Assembly (NCBI GenBank): GCA_938083505.1
Contig: CALKCF010000004.1
Location: forward strand, 64,001 to 128,000
Source of the DNA: an uncultured archaeon
GTDB taxonomy: Archaea > Thermoproteota > Nitrososphaeria_A > Caldarchaeales > Wolframiiraptoraceae
Reading direction: 5' to 3'
Length of the DNA: 64,000 nt
Shown one piece after another: positions 20,790-30,227 of this stretch. Every line of letters starts with the position of its first letter. The stretch's first letter is position 1. Both the position numbers and the translations under genes were made by a program. Below the pieces are notes generated by a model. That model saw only the letters and a list, made by a program, of their open reading frames with translations, ran no database searches and was not told the DNA's origin.

Positions 20790-21889
20790 CGTTCACCCTC
20801 TAGTTTGCTTCTTGCAAGATCCATGAAGCCCTCCCTTTTTTGCTGGTGTCTCATCAAGAAATTAGAGACGATGTCCGCAAGTTGAGACTTACAATCACCA
20901 CATATTCTGCTACCGGTCCTGCATTCCCAGTAAACCCCCCTCAGCTCATCATCATCGTCAATAAAGTGGTTGCTCATGAGCTCGAAGACAACACACTTCT
21001 CAGGCTCGCCACCAAGTCTTCGTTGTTCTTCAACTGTACCCCTACCGCCAGTAAGGGCTGACCAGACTTTTCTTTCAGCTAGCTTCGGGTCGTCTGACAG
21101 TGTCATGACACTCATCGGGTTCCTCTTCGACATCTTCTCCTCACCCAATAATGATCTCGTCAACTTATGGAAGACAGCGCTTGGTGGTACGAACCTAAAC
21201 TTCTTGGCTATGTCCCTAGAGAGTCTGATGTGTGGATCTTGGTCAATACCTACAGGCACGAGGACGGGCTTAGGACCGCCATGCTCCCCGGTTTGTGGTA
21301 ACATTATGTCTCCGACCTGTACCAAGGCGGATAGATAGTATTTGATCTGCTTAGGGCCATAGATCGCCTCTAACGTGTTAAACGTCACAGCCGTCGAGAA
21401 AATGAACGCCATCTTCTGGACTAGTTTTTCCTCGGACTGCTTGTATATGTAAGCCCTCTTATAGTCCAAACCAAGTGCAAGTAAGTCTGCGACATTTCCC
21501 ACAGCTATCTCATGTGATTCCTCAAGGGGTATGCCGTTATCAGCGAGCGCCTCGAGGTCCGCTATGCAGTAGTAAGCCGTTGCTTTATTTGAGAGACTCT
21601 GGTAAAATATGATCTCCTCGGCGGTCATCATCGTGCCAAGATGGAACTCGCCTGTCGGCTTTATCCCACTCATCACAGCATACGCTTCATTCCTTCTTAT
21701 ACTATCCAATATCCTCAAAAGGTCTCTATGACCAAACTCGACTTTTCTCCTTAGGAGCCTATGCGTTGACGGAAATGCTGAGATAAGCTCGTCGGTCATA
21801 GGCTCTATACCAAATTCCCTCATCAGGGTCTCATAATCCGCCGGGAGAGTCGAGTTCCATGGGTCTATCGGCATTTTGCCGTCCGACAA
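20786..21889 (-). CDS. trpS: Tryptophan--tRNA ligase
   Basis: IDPW, PTGEFHLG (HIGH-like), PVGIDQDPH, KMSK and CGDCK. Confidence 0.95.
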   Translation of the reverse strand: MSDGKMPIDPWNSTLPADYETLMREFGIEPMTDELISAFPSTHRLLRRKVEFGHRDLLRILDSIRRNEAYAVMSGIKPTGEFHLGTMMTAEEIIFYQSLSNKATAYYCIADLEALADNGIPLEESHEIAVGNVADLLALGLDYKRAYIYKQSEEKLVQKMAFIFSTAVTFNTLEAIYGPKQIKYYLSALVQVGDIMLPQTGEHGGPKPVLVPVGIDQDPHIRLSRDIAKKFRFVPPSAVFHKLTRSLLGEEKMSKRNPMSVMTLSDDPKLAERKVWSALTGGRGTVEEQRRLGGEPEKCVVFELMSNHFIDDDDELRGVYWECRTGSRICGDCKSQLADIVSNFLMRHQQKREGFMDLARSKLEGER

Positions 21890-22020
21890 TCTTTTGCACC
21901 TTTAAAGAGGACTTTCAAACCTAAAAATATAAGCATATAGCTAGAACTTAAAGATGCGTAGAAATAAGGGTAAGTTCTTCTTGAACTGGAAACTGCAATA
22001 TACCTTTCAACCTTTATCTC

Positions 22021-22840
22021 GTGCTACGCGATCTTTACTCTGAGTTGGTAAGCGGGATAAAGAGGTTGAAGACAGGAATCACAGGGATCGATGAGCTGTT
22101 AGATGGTGGAATCCCAGAAGATTTCTTCGTAGCCATAACAGGAGAGCCCGGTTGTGGAAAGACAATATTCTGCATACACTTCATTAACCAGGGAATAATT
22201 GAGGATGACAAATGTATATACGTAACGACTGAGGAAAGCAAGGAGTCGATAATAAGACAAGCATCGCAGTTTAACATGAAGTTTACGGAGGCGATAAACA
22301 AGGGGGAAATTGATAATAATAGATGCGCTGATGGGTAAGGAAGAGAAATGGAGCCTCCAAAACCTTGAATTAGAATCACTCGTCAGCAAGATAATTGAAG
22401 CGAAGAAAGAACTTGGCTATGGTAGGGCAAGGGTGGTGATAGACAGTCTATCGGTCTTCTGGCTCGACAAGCCTGTAATGGCTAGGAGATACAGCTACTT
22501 CATGAAGAAGGTATTATCAAAATGGAACTTCACGATGTTGGCGGTCAGCCAGTACGCGATAACGACCGCAGAGAGTTTTGGTTGGGGAATTGAACATATA
22601 GCGGATGGGATAATCAGGTTCAGGAGGCTCTTGAGGAGTGGCGAGCTGAAGAGGTTCGTGATAATCGAGAAAATGAGGCAGACGAACCACAACAGGTACC
22701 TACATGAGATAGACATCAAGCCCGACATAGGCATGGTCGTTCTGCGTAGGGTGGATATGAGAGTGGAGGATTACAAGCTTCCGACTGACTTTGTGAGAAA
22801 GATGCTTGAGGCGAAGAGGAAATCAGAAGATGTTCTTTGA
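22021..22840 (+). CDS. KaiC/RecA-superfamily ATPase (single domain), frameshifted
   Basis: RLKTGI, GEPGCGKT, VTTEES, then IDS, EH.ADG and EKMR.T.H. Removing one G from the G5 run at 22302-22306 fuses both ORFs (NKGKLIIIDA). Confidence 0.85.
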
Positions 22841-22904
22841 TGTGTTGTACCGGTAAAACCAAAGTATTGTTAGACTTAAATTGAACGTTCGCGTTTCATG
22901 TCTT

Positions 22905-23414
22905 ATGTGTAATGAAGCAAAGAGGTTAGTGGACAGGGCAGCAAAACTTACCAAAATGTTTGGTGAAGAGTTTAGCGGATGTTCGCAGATGACCTTGAAG
23001 GCCCTTCAAGAAACTTTTGGTGTAGTGGACTAGAGCGTTTTCATGGCAGCAACGCCGCTTGCTGGTGGTGTGGCGAGGGGCGGAGAGGTATGCGGTGCAT
23101 TGCTCAGAGCCATGATGTTCGTCGGCATGCTTTATGGCAGGAGAAAGTTAGAAAAGACGAGCGAATCAGAAGACTACTCGAAGTGCATGGACTTGGCGAT
23201 CATGATATACGATGAGTTTAATAAGACTTATGGAAGCGTTAGATGCAAAGATATACATCCGAGACTTTTTCGGTAGAATTTATGATTTAAGAAACCCTGC
23301 GGATTTGAAGTTTTTGCTGAATCCGAAGCAATGAACAAGTGCGCCGATGTGATGGCAAAGGTTGCCGAGATAACCACGAAGCACATCTTACGTACAGAAC
23401 GACCGGGCAGTTAA
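22905..23414 (+). pseudogene. C_GCAxxG_C_C-family putative redox protein, disrupted
   Basis: GCSQ, LAGG...EVCGA, GSVRC and KC motifs. In-frame TAG at 23031-33 and two downstream frameshifts. Confidence 0.8.
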
Positions 23415-23495
23415 ATTTCTAAAGAGCTCATAAAGATTCAGGAGAAGCAATACCGCCTGCTATACGAGTTTTCGTAAAATTCATGAAGCAAGCAG

Positions 23496-23503
23496 TTTAT
23501 AAA
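23496..23503 (+). promoter_or_regulatory. TATA box of tRNA-Ser gene
   Basis: TTTATAAA about 40 bp upstream of the mature tRNA 5' end. Confidence 0.55.
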
Positions 23504-23543
23504 GTAGCACGAATAGACTGACAAACAAGGTAAGCGTGCCTTA

Positions 23544-23636
23544 GCCGGGGTGCCCTAGCCCGGTAGGTCTGCCGAAGGGGCCGGTCTGCTAAACCGGTGG
23601 CCTATGGCCGCGCGGGTTCAAATCCCGCCCCCGGCG
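23544..23636 (+). tRNA. tRNA-Ser(GCT) with putative 10-nt D-loop intron (23567-23576)
   Basis: Acceptor GCCGGGG/CCCCGGC, anticodon stem CCGGT/ACCGG with GCT at 23588-90, long variable arm TGGCC-TAT-GGCCG, T arm GCGGG-TTCAAAT-CCCGC, G73. Confidence 0.93.
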
Positions 23637-23665
23637 CCTCGGTAAGTCTCAAAAAGTTACCTGCG

Positions 23666-25039
23666 TTAAGACCGCAGCTTACCTCTCGCTAAAGACGCGA
23701 AGATTCCTGCAAAGCAGAGTACTGAAAAAACTATGAACGCCAGATTAGCGCTTTTTAGGAAAATCGGATAGGATTCTGGAGTTATTTGAATCCTGCCCAT
23801 GTATACGGCGAATATCGTCGTTACTATGCCCATGCTCAACATCTGTCCAACAGAGCGCATGGTTGCAAGTGTCGCTGACGCAATTCCGTAAAACCTCTTC
23901 TTGACGGAGCTCATGACGGCATTCGTATTAGGAGATGAAAAGAGTCCAAACCCGAGCCCTATCAAGAGCAAGTTAGCTGTTATGAAGCTCATGGGCGTTT
24001 TATCGCCTAGGGAGGTGAATAGGAAGAGCGATACAGTGGTTAGTGCCATGCCGGCTGATGCGAGAACCCTCGGCTCAATCTTATCAGAAAGCCTGCCCGC
24101 GATCGGTGAGAAGATGGACATCACGGCGGGTTGGATGAGCAAAACCATACCAGCATCCTGGGGACTAAGTCCTTTCACGTTCTGTAAGTAAAGGCTAAGT
24201 AGGTAACCTACGGCAAACGTTGCGCTGTAGTTTATCAGTGCTGCCAAATTGGAGAACGCAAATGTAACGTTTTTTCTGAACAAGCTAATGTCGAGCACAG
24301 GACTTTTTATCCTAGATTCCCAAACGATGAACGCTACGAGACCTAAAGCGCCTAAGGTTGTTAAAAGCAACCCCAAATCATGTGGAAACAAAGAGATACC
24401 GTACATCAGGATAACGAGTGCTAACCCGTAAGTTACGGAGCCGATCAGGTCGAATTTTTCACCCTTAGCCTCAGCCCACTCACCATTTAACTTCCAAAAA
24501 ACAATGAGAATGGCTACTAGGCCGATAAGTGCATTAAAGATGAAAAGACTCCTCCAACTGAGGTTTTGGGTCATTAAGCCACCCAATGACGGGCCCAACG
24601 AAAGCCCCAGGTAGATTGAAGCCGCGTTTATACCGAGAACCTTTCCTCTCTCAACAAGAGGAAATACCGATGTCAGTATGGCTGCGGCAGTAGCAAATAT
24701 CATCGCGCTCCCAATACCCTGGAACGCCCGATAGAGGATTATCAGAATAGGAGAAGCGGACGTGGCCGAGAGCAGCGAAGAAACAACGTAAACTATTAAG
24801 CCATATACGAAGACCCTCTTTCTTCCGTAAAGGTCCGCGACTCTTCCAAACGGTACAAGGGAAGCCGCGGCCGTTAGAAGAAACGACATGGCGACCCAGT
24901 TCATGAGAATAACGTCCATCGCGAATTCTTTTGCTATGGATGGTAAGGCAACGTTTATCGAGGAGCCCATGAATGGTGTGAGAAAAGACCCGAGCGTAGT
25001 TACGAGCAATGCACCCCTCTTCTTAGAGTAGTTATTCAT
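23666..25039 (-). CDS. MFS transporter, DHA2 (EmrB/QacA) family
   Basis: NVALPSI, GRVADLYGRKR, RAFQGIG and about 14 TM helices. Start moved to ATG 25039. Confidence 0.92.
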   Translation of the reverse strand: MNNYSKKRGALLVTTLGSFLTPFMGSSINVALPSIAKEFAMDVILMNWVAMSFLLTAAASLVPFGRVADLYGRKRVFVYGLIVYVVSSLLSATSASPILIILYRAFQGIGSAMIFATAAAILTSVFPLVERGKVLGINAASIYLGLSLGPSLGGLMTQNLSWRSLFIFNALIGLVAILIVFWKLNGEWAEAKGEKFDLIGSVTYGLALVILMYGISLFPHDLGLLLTTLGALGLVAFIVWESRIKSPVLDISLFRKNVTFAFSNLAALINYSATFAVGYLLSLYLQNVKGLSPQDAGMVLLIQPAVMSIFSPIAGRLSDKIEPRVLASAGMALTTVSLFLFTSLGDKTPMSFITANLLLIGLGFGLFSSPNTNAVMSSVKKRFYGIASATLATMRSVGQMLSMGIVTTIFAVYMGRIQITPESYPIFLKSANLAFIVFSVLCFAGIFASLARGKLRS

Positions 25040-25184
25040 TTCAAGCCGAAAGAATGTTTCTGTAACTATGTAAATATTTATTGTTCGAAATATGGGAAAA
25101 CTTTTTACAAATAGAGGAAGAATGAGTGCACAAAATAATCCTAAAGTTAGAGCGTTGTGCAGGAGTATGGTATGGTGAGCGAGG

Positions 25185-25649
25185 GTGCTGGTGGGCATAG
25201 TGTCTGATACCCACGACAATCTGGATAGGATAAGAAGGTCGGTTCAGGTCTTTAAGGAGCGAAAAGTCGAGATTGTTATACACTGCGGAGACTGGGTAGC
25301 GCCGTTCTCAGTTAAGGAGTTTAAGGAGTTAAGGGTAATGTCCGTGCTCGGTAACAACGACGGAGACCTACTCTTACTGGAGAAAACTTTAAGAGAGATG
25401 GGCTCAAGCTTAGAGGGCAGGTTTGCCTCGCTTAGCTTAAACGGTAAGAGGGTAGCCGTAATTCACGGCGAATATCCCGAGCTTGTAGAAGCACTCGTGA
25501 AGAGCGGTATGTACGACGTCGTAATCCACGGGCACACGCATAAGCGTAGATGCGAAAGGCTCAGTGGTACTTTGATACTCAACCCGGGATGGGATTCCGT
25601 TATAATCTACGATGAATCAACGGACACGGCAGATTTTGTCGAAACGTAA
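25185..25649 (+). CDS. Metallophosphoesterase (YfcE/MJ0936 family)
   Basis: SDTH, HCGD, GNND, HG, GHTH and NPG motifs. Confidence 0.92.
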   Translation: MLVGIVSDTHDNLDRIRRSVQVFKERKVEIVIHCGDWVAPFSVKEFKELRVMSVLGNNDGDLLLLEKTLREMGSSLEGRFASLSLNGKRVAVIHGEYPELVEALVKSGMYDVVIHGHTHKRRCERLSGTLILNPGWDSVIIYDESTDTADFVET

Positions 25650-25687
25650 GTCGAAAGACTTAAATGCTATTAAAGTTACAAAAATTT

Positions 25688-26098
25688 ATGCAAAGAGAAA
25701 GGCCTTTTGGTGTAACGGTTATAGCGATACTTGAAATTATAGGTGGTTTAGTCCTCATCGGCCTGGGAGCATTTTTTGCTGCGGTTGGGATGGCGGCGGG
25801 TGTGATTCCTTTCTTTGGTTTGCCTATCAGTATAGTATATATCGGCTTAGCCATCATACTCATAATCCTAGGTTTGATCGCCTTCGCGATAGCCTACGGT
25901 TTATGGACTGGTAAGGGATGGGCTTGGACCGTTGCATTAGTTTTTTCAATAATCGGTATAATAATCGGCCTCTTAAACCTTCCTGGGGGTATAATAAACA
26001 TAATCATCAATGCCATCATAATCTACTACTTAACGCGTCCACATGTCAAAGAGTTCTTCGGGAAAGCACCACCTATGCCTCCACCGCCGCCACCTTAG
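25688..26098 (+). CDS. Small 4-TM membrane protein with C-terminal polyproline tail
   Basis: RP.GVT..AIL, GLW.GK.WAW, YYLTRP.VK.FF and the tail APPMPPPPPP. Confidence 0.75.
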   Translation: MQRERPFGVTVIAILEIIGGLVLIGLGAFFAAVGMAAGVIPFFGLPISIVYIGLAIILIILGLIAFAIAYGLWTGKGWAWTVALVFSIIGIIIGLLNLPGGIINIIINAIIIYYLTRPHVKEFFGKAPPMPPPPPP

Positions 26099-26247
26099 AT
26101 AAGCGGCCTGCCGAGTTTCTGAATGTACTGATAAAGCTCCTTAGCGTAGTTAGACAGAGCGTCAACCTTTTTCGATAATTCCTCTATCTTGGCCTCCAAC
26201 TTTGCGACCTTTTCCCTTAGCTCTACAAGCTCCTTATCTATACTCAT
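26095..26247 (-). CDS. Small 50-aa coiled-coil protein (absent from ORF track)
   Basis: MSIDKELVELREKVAKLEAKIEELSKKVDALSNYAKELYQYIQKLGRPLI. Clean heptad pattern, fills the gap, TATA-like TTTAAGTA upstream. Confidence 0.75.
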   Translation of the reverse strand: MSIDKELVELREKVAKLEAKIEELSKKVDALSNYAKELYQYIQKLGRPLI

Positions 26248-26346
26248 GGATATTCAAAAGAAGGTTAAACGATAATCTTTTACTTAAACTTTTTTTAACC
26301 AAATGCGTATTCCATCGCGGGTTGCTGTATCTCGTTGCTTTTGCAA

Positions 26347-27810
26347 CTAAATGCCTATCTGACCACTCACAGCCCTTCCTATTATGCTGAGTATCGGAGC
26401 ATTAATGAATCCTAAAGTTATGACTAACAGTAGTAGGATACTCATGGAGAACAACATACTAATCGGTACCTCCTTTACCTCTTTATACTTCAATTCCAAG
26501 AAGAAGATGGCTCTGATCATTCTAAGGTAGTATGCTGCCGTGATAGCGGTCACAAAGATCGCGATAGCTGTCAAAAGCGTCGCGCCAGATGCGAAAGCCC
26601 CGGAGAATACCATCCATTCGCTTGCGAAGCCTCCAAGCGGCGGCGTCCCGGCTATCGATAGCCCAGCTACAAGCATCGTTATGGCCGTTACGGGCATCTT
26701 GGATGCTAAGCCGCCAAGCTTCGTCAAGTCCCTTTCCTTGACCTCATGTATTAAGGCTCCGGCACACATGAAGAGTAGCCCTTTAGCAAAGCCGTGATTC
26801 AGGACATGAAATAAGCCACCAGAGGCGCCTATTGGTATAAGCGACGAGAGGCCGAAGAGTATGTAGCCCATCTGACTGATGCTGCTGTAAGCCAAAAGCC
26901 TCTTAACGTCGTTCTGAACCAGGGCCATGAGACCTCCCCAGAGCATGGTTACGACCGCGAGGGGCATAAGCCATGCCGACATCTCGGAGACCGCTGCTGG
27001 CATGAGATCAAGTATCAGCCTTGAAAAGGCATAAGCACCCGTCTTTATCATAACACCGCTCAGGAGGACACTTATAGGCGTTGGCGCCTCAGCATGAGCA
27101 TCTGGAAGCCATGTATGGAACGGAAACACTGCCATCTTAACGGCTGCTCCTATGAATATCAATGTCGCTACACCTAGCAATGACATTCTGTGGATTTCAT
27201 AACTACGAGGAACGTTTTCTAAGAGTAGCGACATGTCCATGCTACCGAACATGGAGTTCAACCAAGCTATGCCAAGGAGCATGCAAAGGGCGCCAGCATG
27301 AGTGAAGATGAAGTACTTAAAGCCTATGAGTCTCGGGTTTCCAGTTCCCCAGTACGCTATGAGGAAGTAAGATGGAATGAGCATGATTTCCCAGAATATA
27401 TAGAGCATAAATAGGTTCCAAGAAAGGACGACGCCCATCATGCCCGTTTGGAATATTTGCAACAAAGGATAGTAGACTTCCAACTTGTTTTCGTGCTCCA
27501 TGTACCTGTGCGAGTAAACGCTAGCCAAGAAACCCATTAGGGATATGAGCAGGGCGAACGGATAGCTTAGGCTGTCCAACATGAAGTTTAGGTTGAGGCC
27601 GAATGCCGGTATCCAACTGTACGTCTCGTACAGCTGCTTGCCAGCCATTATTATTGGTGCATGGTATAAGATTATCAGGAACGGTATAAGACATGAGATG
27701 TGACATAGTATGGCTCCGTATGTCCACGAATGTCTTCCCAATAAGTAGGTGAAGGGTGAAGCAAGTAGGGGCAGCAACACACTGATGAAAAGCAAGTAAT
27801 TCATCATCAT
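26347..27810 (-). CDS. nuoM: NADH-quinone oxidoreductase subunit M-like proton-translocating subunit
   Basis: FWE.MLIP, KM..FPFHTWLPDAH.EAP.P.S, KRLLAYSSI and NHG. Confidence 0.88.
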   Translation of the reverse strand: MMMNYLLFISVLLPLLASPFTYLLGRHSWTYGAILCHISCLIPFLIILYHAPIIMAGKQLYETYSWIPAFGLNLNFMLDSLSYPFALLISLMGFLASVYSHRYMEHENKLEVYYPLLQIFQTGMMGVVLSWNLFMLYIFWEIMLIPSYFLIAYWGTGNPRLIGFKYFIFTHAGALCMLLGIAWLNSMFGSMDMSLLLENVPRSYEIHRMSLLGVATLIFIGAAVKMAVFPFHTWLPDAHAEAPTPISVLLSGVMIKTGAYAFSRLILDLMPAAVSEMSAWLMPLAVVTMLWGGLMALVQNDVKRLLAYSSISQMGYILFGLSSLIPIGASGGLFHVLNHGFAKGLLFMCAGALIHEVKERDLTKLGGLASKMPVTAITMLVAGLSIAGTPPLGGFASEWMVFSGAFASGATLLTAIAIFVTAITAAYYLRMIRAIFFLELKYKEVKEVPISMLFSMSILLLLVITLGFINAPILSIIGRAVSGQIGI

Positions 27811-29723
27811 ATACGAAGACCTCCGAAAAGCAATATTAAGAATATAACCAAGAGTATCGCGATTCCTAAAGCATACGCGCTTATATTGATGTTGCTGCTG
27901 CCGGTCTGTAAGTACCTGAAAGCCTGAATGAATGATTGTGTCACCCTAGCCAGCGCGTAGTTGAAACCATCTATGACCTTCTCCTCTATATACCTCCTGA
28001 CTTTTGATGAGAACCATAGCGTTCCATCTACGAAAACCTTGTAGTATACGTGGTCGACGTAGTATCTGTTAACCAGAAGTTTGTGGAGCGCCGAACCCAG
28101 CCCACTCGTCCTAATACTAACAGGGTTTATGAGCGGTGCGCCTCTTAACGTTGCGGATAAGTAAAAAGCATAGGCAAGCAGTAGGCCGAATATGAGTATA
28201 GCCGCTGACGTTGCGTATGTTAGCAAGCTGGGCTTAAAATGGTGATGTAGACCGAAGTAGCTCGTGAAAGGTTCTTCGAAGAAGCCGACTAGCAAGCTTA
28301 GTGCGGCGAGTATGAGTAGCGGTATTGTCATGACCTTCGGAGCCTCATGCGCATGGGACGATTCTGGGTTTGAGGAAGCCAAGAATATCTTATAAATCCA
28401 CCTCATGATGTACGTAACTGTTAAGATCGATGTGAGGACGATGAGTAGGTAAATTACAGCGTTGCTAATCTCGAGCGCCGCCTCTATTATCAGGTCTTTG
28501 CTGAAGAAACCACTGAATGGAGGTATACCGGAGAGCGCAAGCGCGCCAAAGAGTGATGCGATGAAAGTGAGCGGCATCTTTCTTGCCAGCCCACCCATCC
28601 TATCGATGTCGTTCGTATGAACAACATGTATCACCGCTCCGGCCGAAAGGAATAGTAAGGCTTTGAATATACTGTGGCTGAGAACGTGGAATTGGCTGGA
28701 GAACCATCCAAGCTCAGAGGCTAAGCCGAGGGCGGCAAACATCAGCCCAAGTTGACTTATCGTGGAGTACGCCACGACCCTCTTTATATCGTTCATCACC
28801 AAGCCCATCGTGGCAGCCAAGAAAGCCGTTACCGCCCCTATTATTGCTATGGTTTCGTACCAAGGGGTCAGAATTTTCCCAAAGGATTCCAGCGGAACAA
28901 TTGTGAATGCTGTCCTAGCAACAAGATAAACACCTGCCTTTACCATGGTTGCCGCGTGGATGAGAGCGCTGACTGGTGTTGGGCCTTCCATGGCGTCAGG
29001 CAGCCATACATGTAAGGGAAATTGAGCCGACTTCCCCATCGCGCCACCAAATATTAACAGCATACATGTGATAACGAAGCCCTGAGCACCCGGGTCTTTT
29101 GAAAGCAACTCTTCCAGACCTATTGATACTTCGCGCATACTAAATGTGCCAAGAGAGATGTAAAGCAAGAGTATGCCGATTAAGAATACTACGTCGCCCA
29201 CTCTTGTAGTGACGAACGCTTTTATTCCTGCATGCGCCGCGGACGGTCTCCTGTACCAAAAGCCGATTAGCGCGTAAGAACACAACCCGACTATTTCCCA
29301 GAATATGTATGTTTGTAAGAGGTTGTTGGAAAGCACGAGACCTACCATCGCACCAACGAAGAAGAGCATGAAGAAATAGTATCTCGGGAGCCCCTCTTCA
29401 TGTTCCATGTAACCTATAGAGTAAAGGATTATGAGTGTACCAAGAAACGATGCGATGGATGCAAACAGCACCGATAACGGGTCTGCCAGGACGCCTGCTT
29501 CGATCCAGCTACCGTCTGGCAGGGGTATCCACTTTATCTTTTCTTCTATAACCTTACCTCCCCATACACTAGGCACCATGGAGAGTGAGAAAATAGCGGA
29601 AATCGATGTAATAATGACCGGGTACGTTTCGCCTGCCTTCTTACCTAGCCTGAAGATAGCAGGAGCGAACACGGAGCCAACAATAGGTATCAACCACGAA
29701 AGCCATGCTGCGAACGGCAACAT
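27807..29723 (-). CDS. nuoL: NADH-quinone oxidoreductase subunit L
   Basis: WE.VGLCSY.LIGFW, KSAQFPLHVWLPDAMEGPTPVSALIHAATMV and DIKRVVAYSTISQLG. Confidence 0.93.
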   Translation of the reverse strand: MLPFAAWLSWLIPIVGSVFAPAIFRLGKKAGETYPVIITSISAIFSLSMVPSVWGGKVIEEKIKWIPLPDGSWIEAGVLADPLSVLFASIASFLGTLIILYSIGYMEHEEGLPRYYFFMLFFVGAMVGLVLSNNLLQTYIFWEIVGLCSYALIGFWYRRPSAAHAGIKAFVTTRVGDVVFLIGILLLYISLGTFSMREVSIGLEELLSKDPGAQGFVITCMLLIFGGAMGKSAQFPLHVWLPDAMEGPTPVSALIHAATMVKAGVYLVARTAFTIVPLESFGKILTPWYETIAIIGAVTAFLAATMGLVMNDIKRVVAYSTISQLGLMFAALGLASELGWFSSQFHVLSHSIFKALLFLSAGAVIHVVHTNDIDRMGGLARKMPLTFIASLFGALALSGIPPFSGFFSKDLIIEAALEISNAVIYLLIVLTSILTVTYIMRWIYKIFLASSNPESSHAHEAPKVMTIPLLILAALSLLVGFFEEPFTSYFGLHHHFKPSLLTYATSAAILIFGLLLAYAFYLSATLRGAPLINPVSIRTSGLGSALHKLLVNRYYVDHVYYKVFVDGTLWFSSKVRRYIEEKVIDGFNYALARVTQSFIQAFRYLQTGSSNINISAYALGIAILLVIFLILLFGGLRI

Positions 29724-29834
29724 GTTAAAAATAGAACTTTTTGGCAATCATTTAAACGTTGAGCTAAATATGGATTCCTCGCACTAATTGTCGTTAATAG
29801 ATATGGATTTATAGGGTTATTTACATCATAATGG

Positions 29835-30137
29835 TTGGTGGTTAAGCTGGAGCTCGTGTTAAAAGTAAGCTCAGAAAATGTCGATAAAGCAAGAAACGTC
29901 TTGTTAAGCGACGAGATCGTGTCGAGGGCCAATGTTCTGTTTAGAGATGCAAAGATAATAGGAGAAGAAGGCTACTACGTTCGAATAATAGGAACTGACG
30001 AACAGTGTTATAGGGCTTTGGAGCTAGCTAGAGATTTTGCGAAAGAGGTTAAAAGTGAAGAGAGGGAGAGGGTGCTTTCGAAGTTCGAGGAAGAAGGCGA
30101 AGCTGCACTTGAAGGATTTGGAAGAATTTTTAGATAA
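29835..30137 (+). CDS. Hypothetical protein
   Basis: Intact 100-aa ORF with protein-like composition filling the gap. Confidence 0.65.
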   Translation: MVVKLELVLKVSSENVDKARNVLLSDEIVSRANVLFRDAKIIGEEGYYVRIIGTDEQCYRALELARDFAKEVKSEERERVLSKFEEEGEAALEGFGRIFR

Positions 30138-30227
30138 TTAACCCAACTTTATCGGAAACGTTGGGTGATGTTTAAATATTTTTTAAATTTACTACATAAT
30201 AACTAAGACGTATTTAACGGTGGTCGC

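Noticed and set aside
22302-22310. GGGAAAT as a programmed -1 frameshift site in the KaiC-like gene
   Set aside because: The downstream ORF needs a +1 shift, not -1.
1565-23033. In-frame TAGs at 1565 and 23031 as pyrrolysine or other recoding
   Set aside because: Both genes also have frameshifts or deletions, and many intact genes in the window end in TAG.
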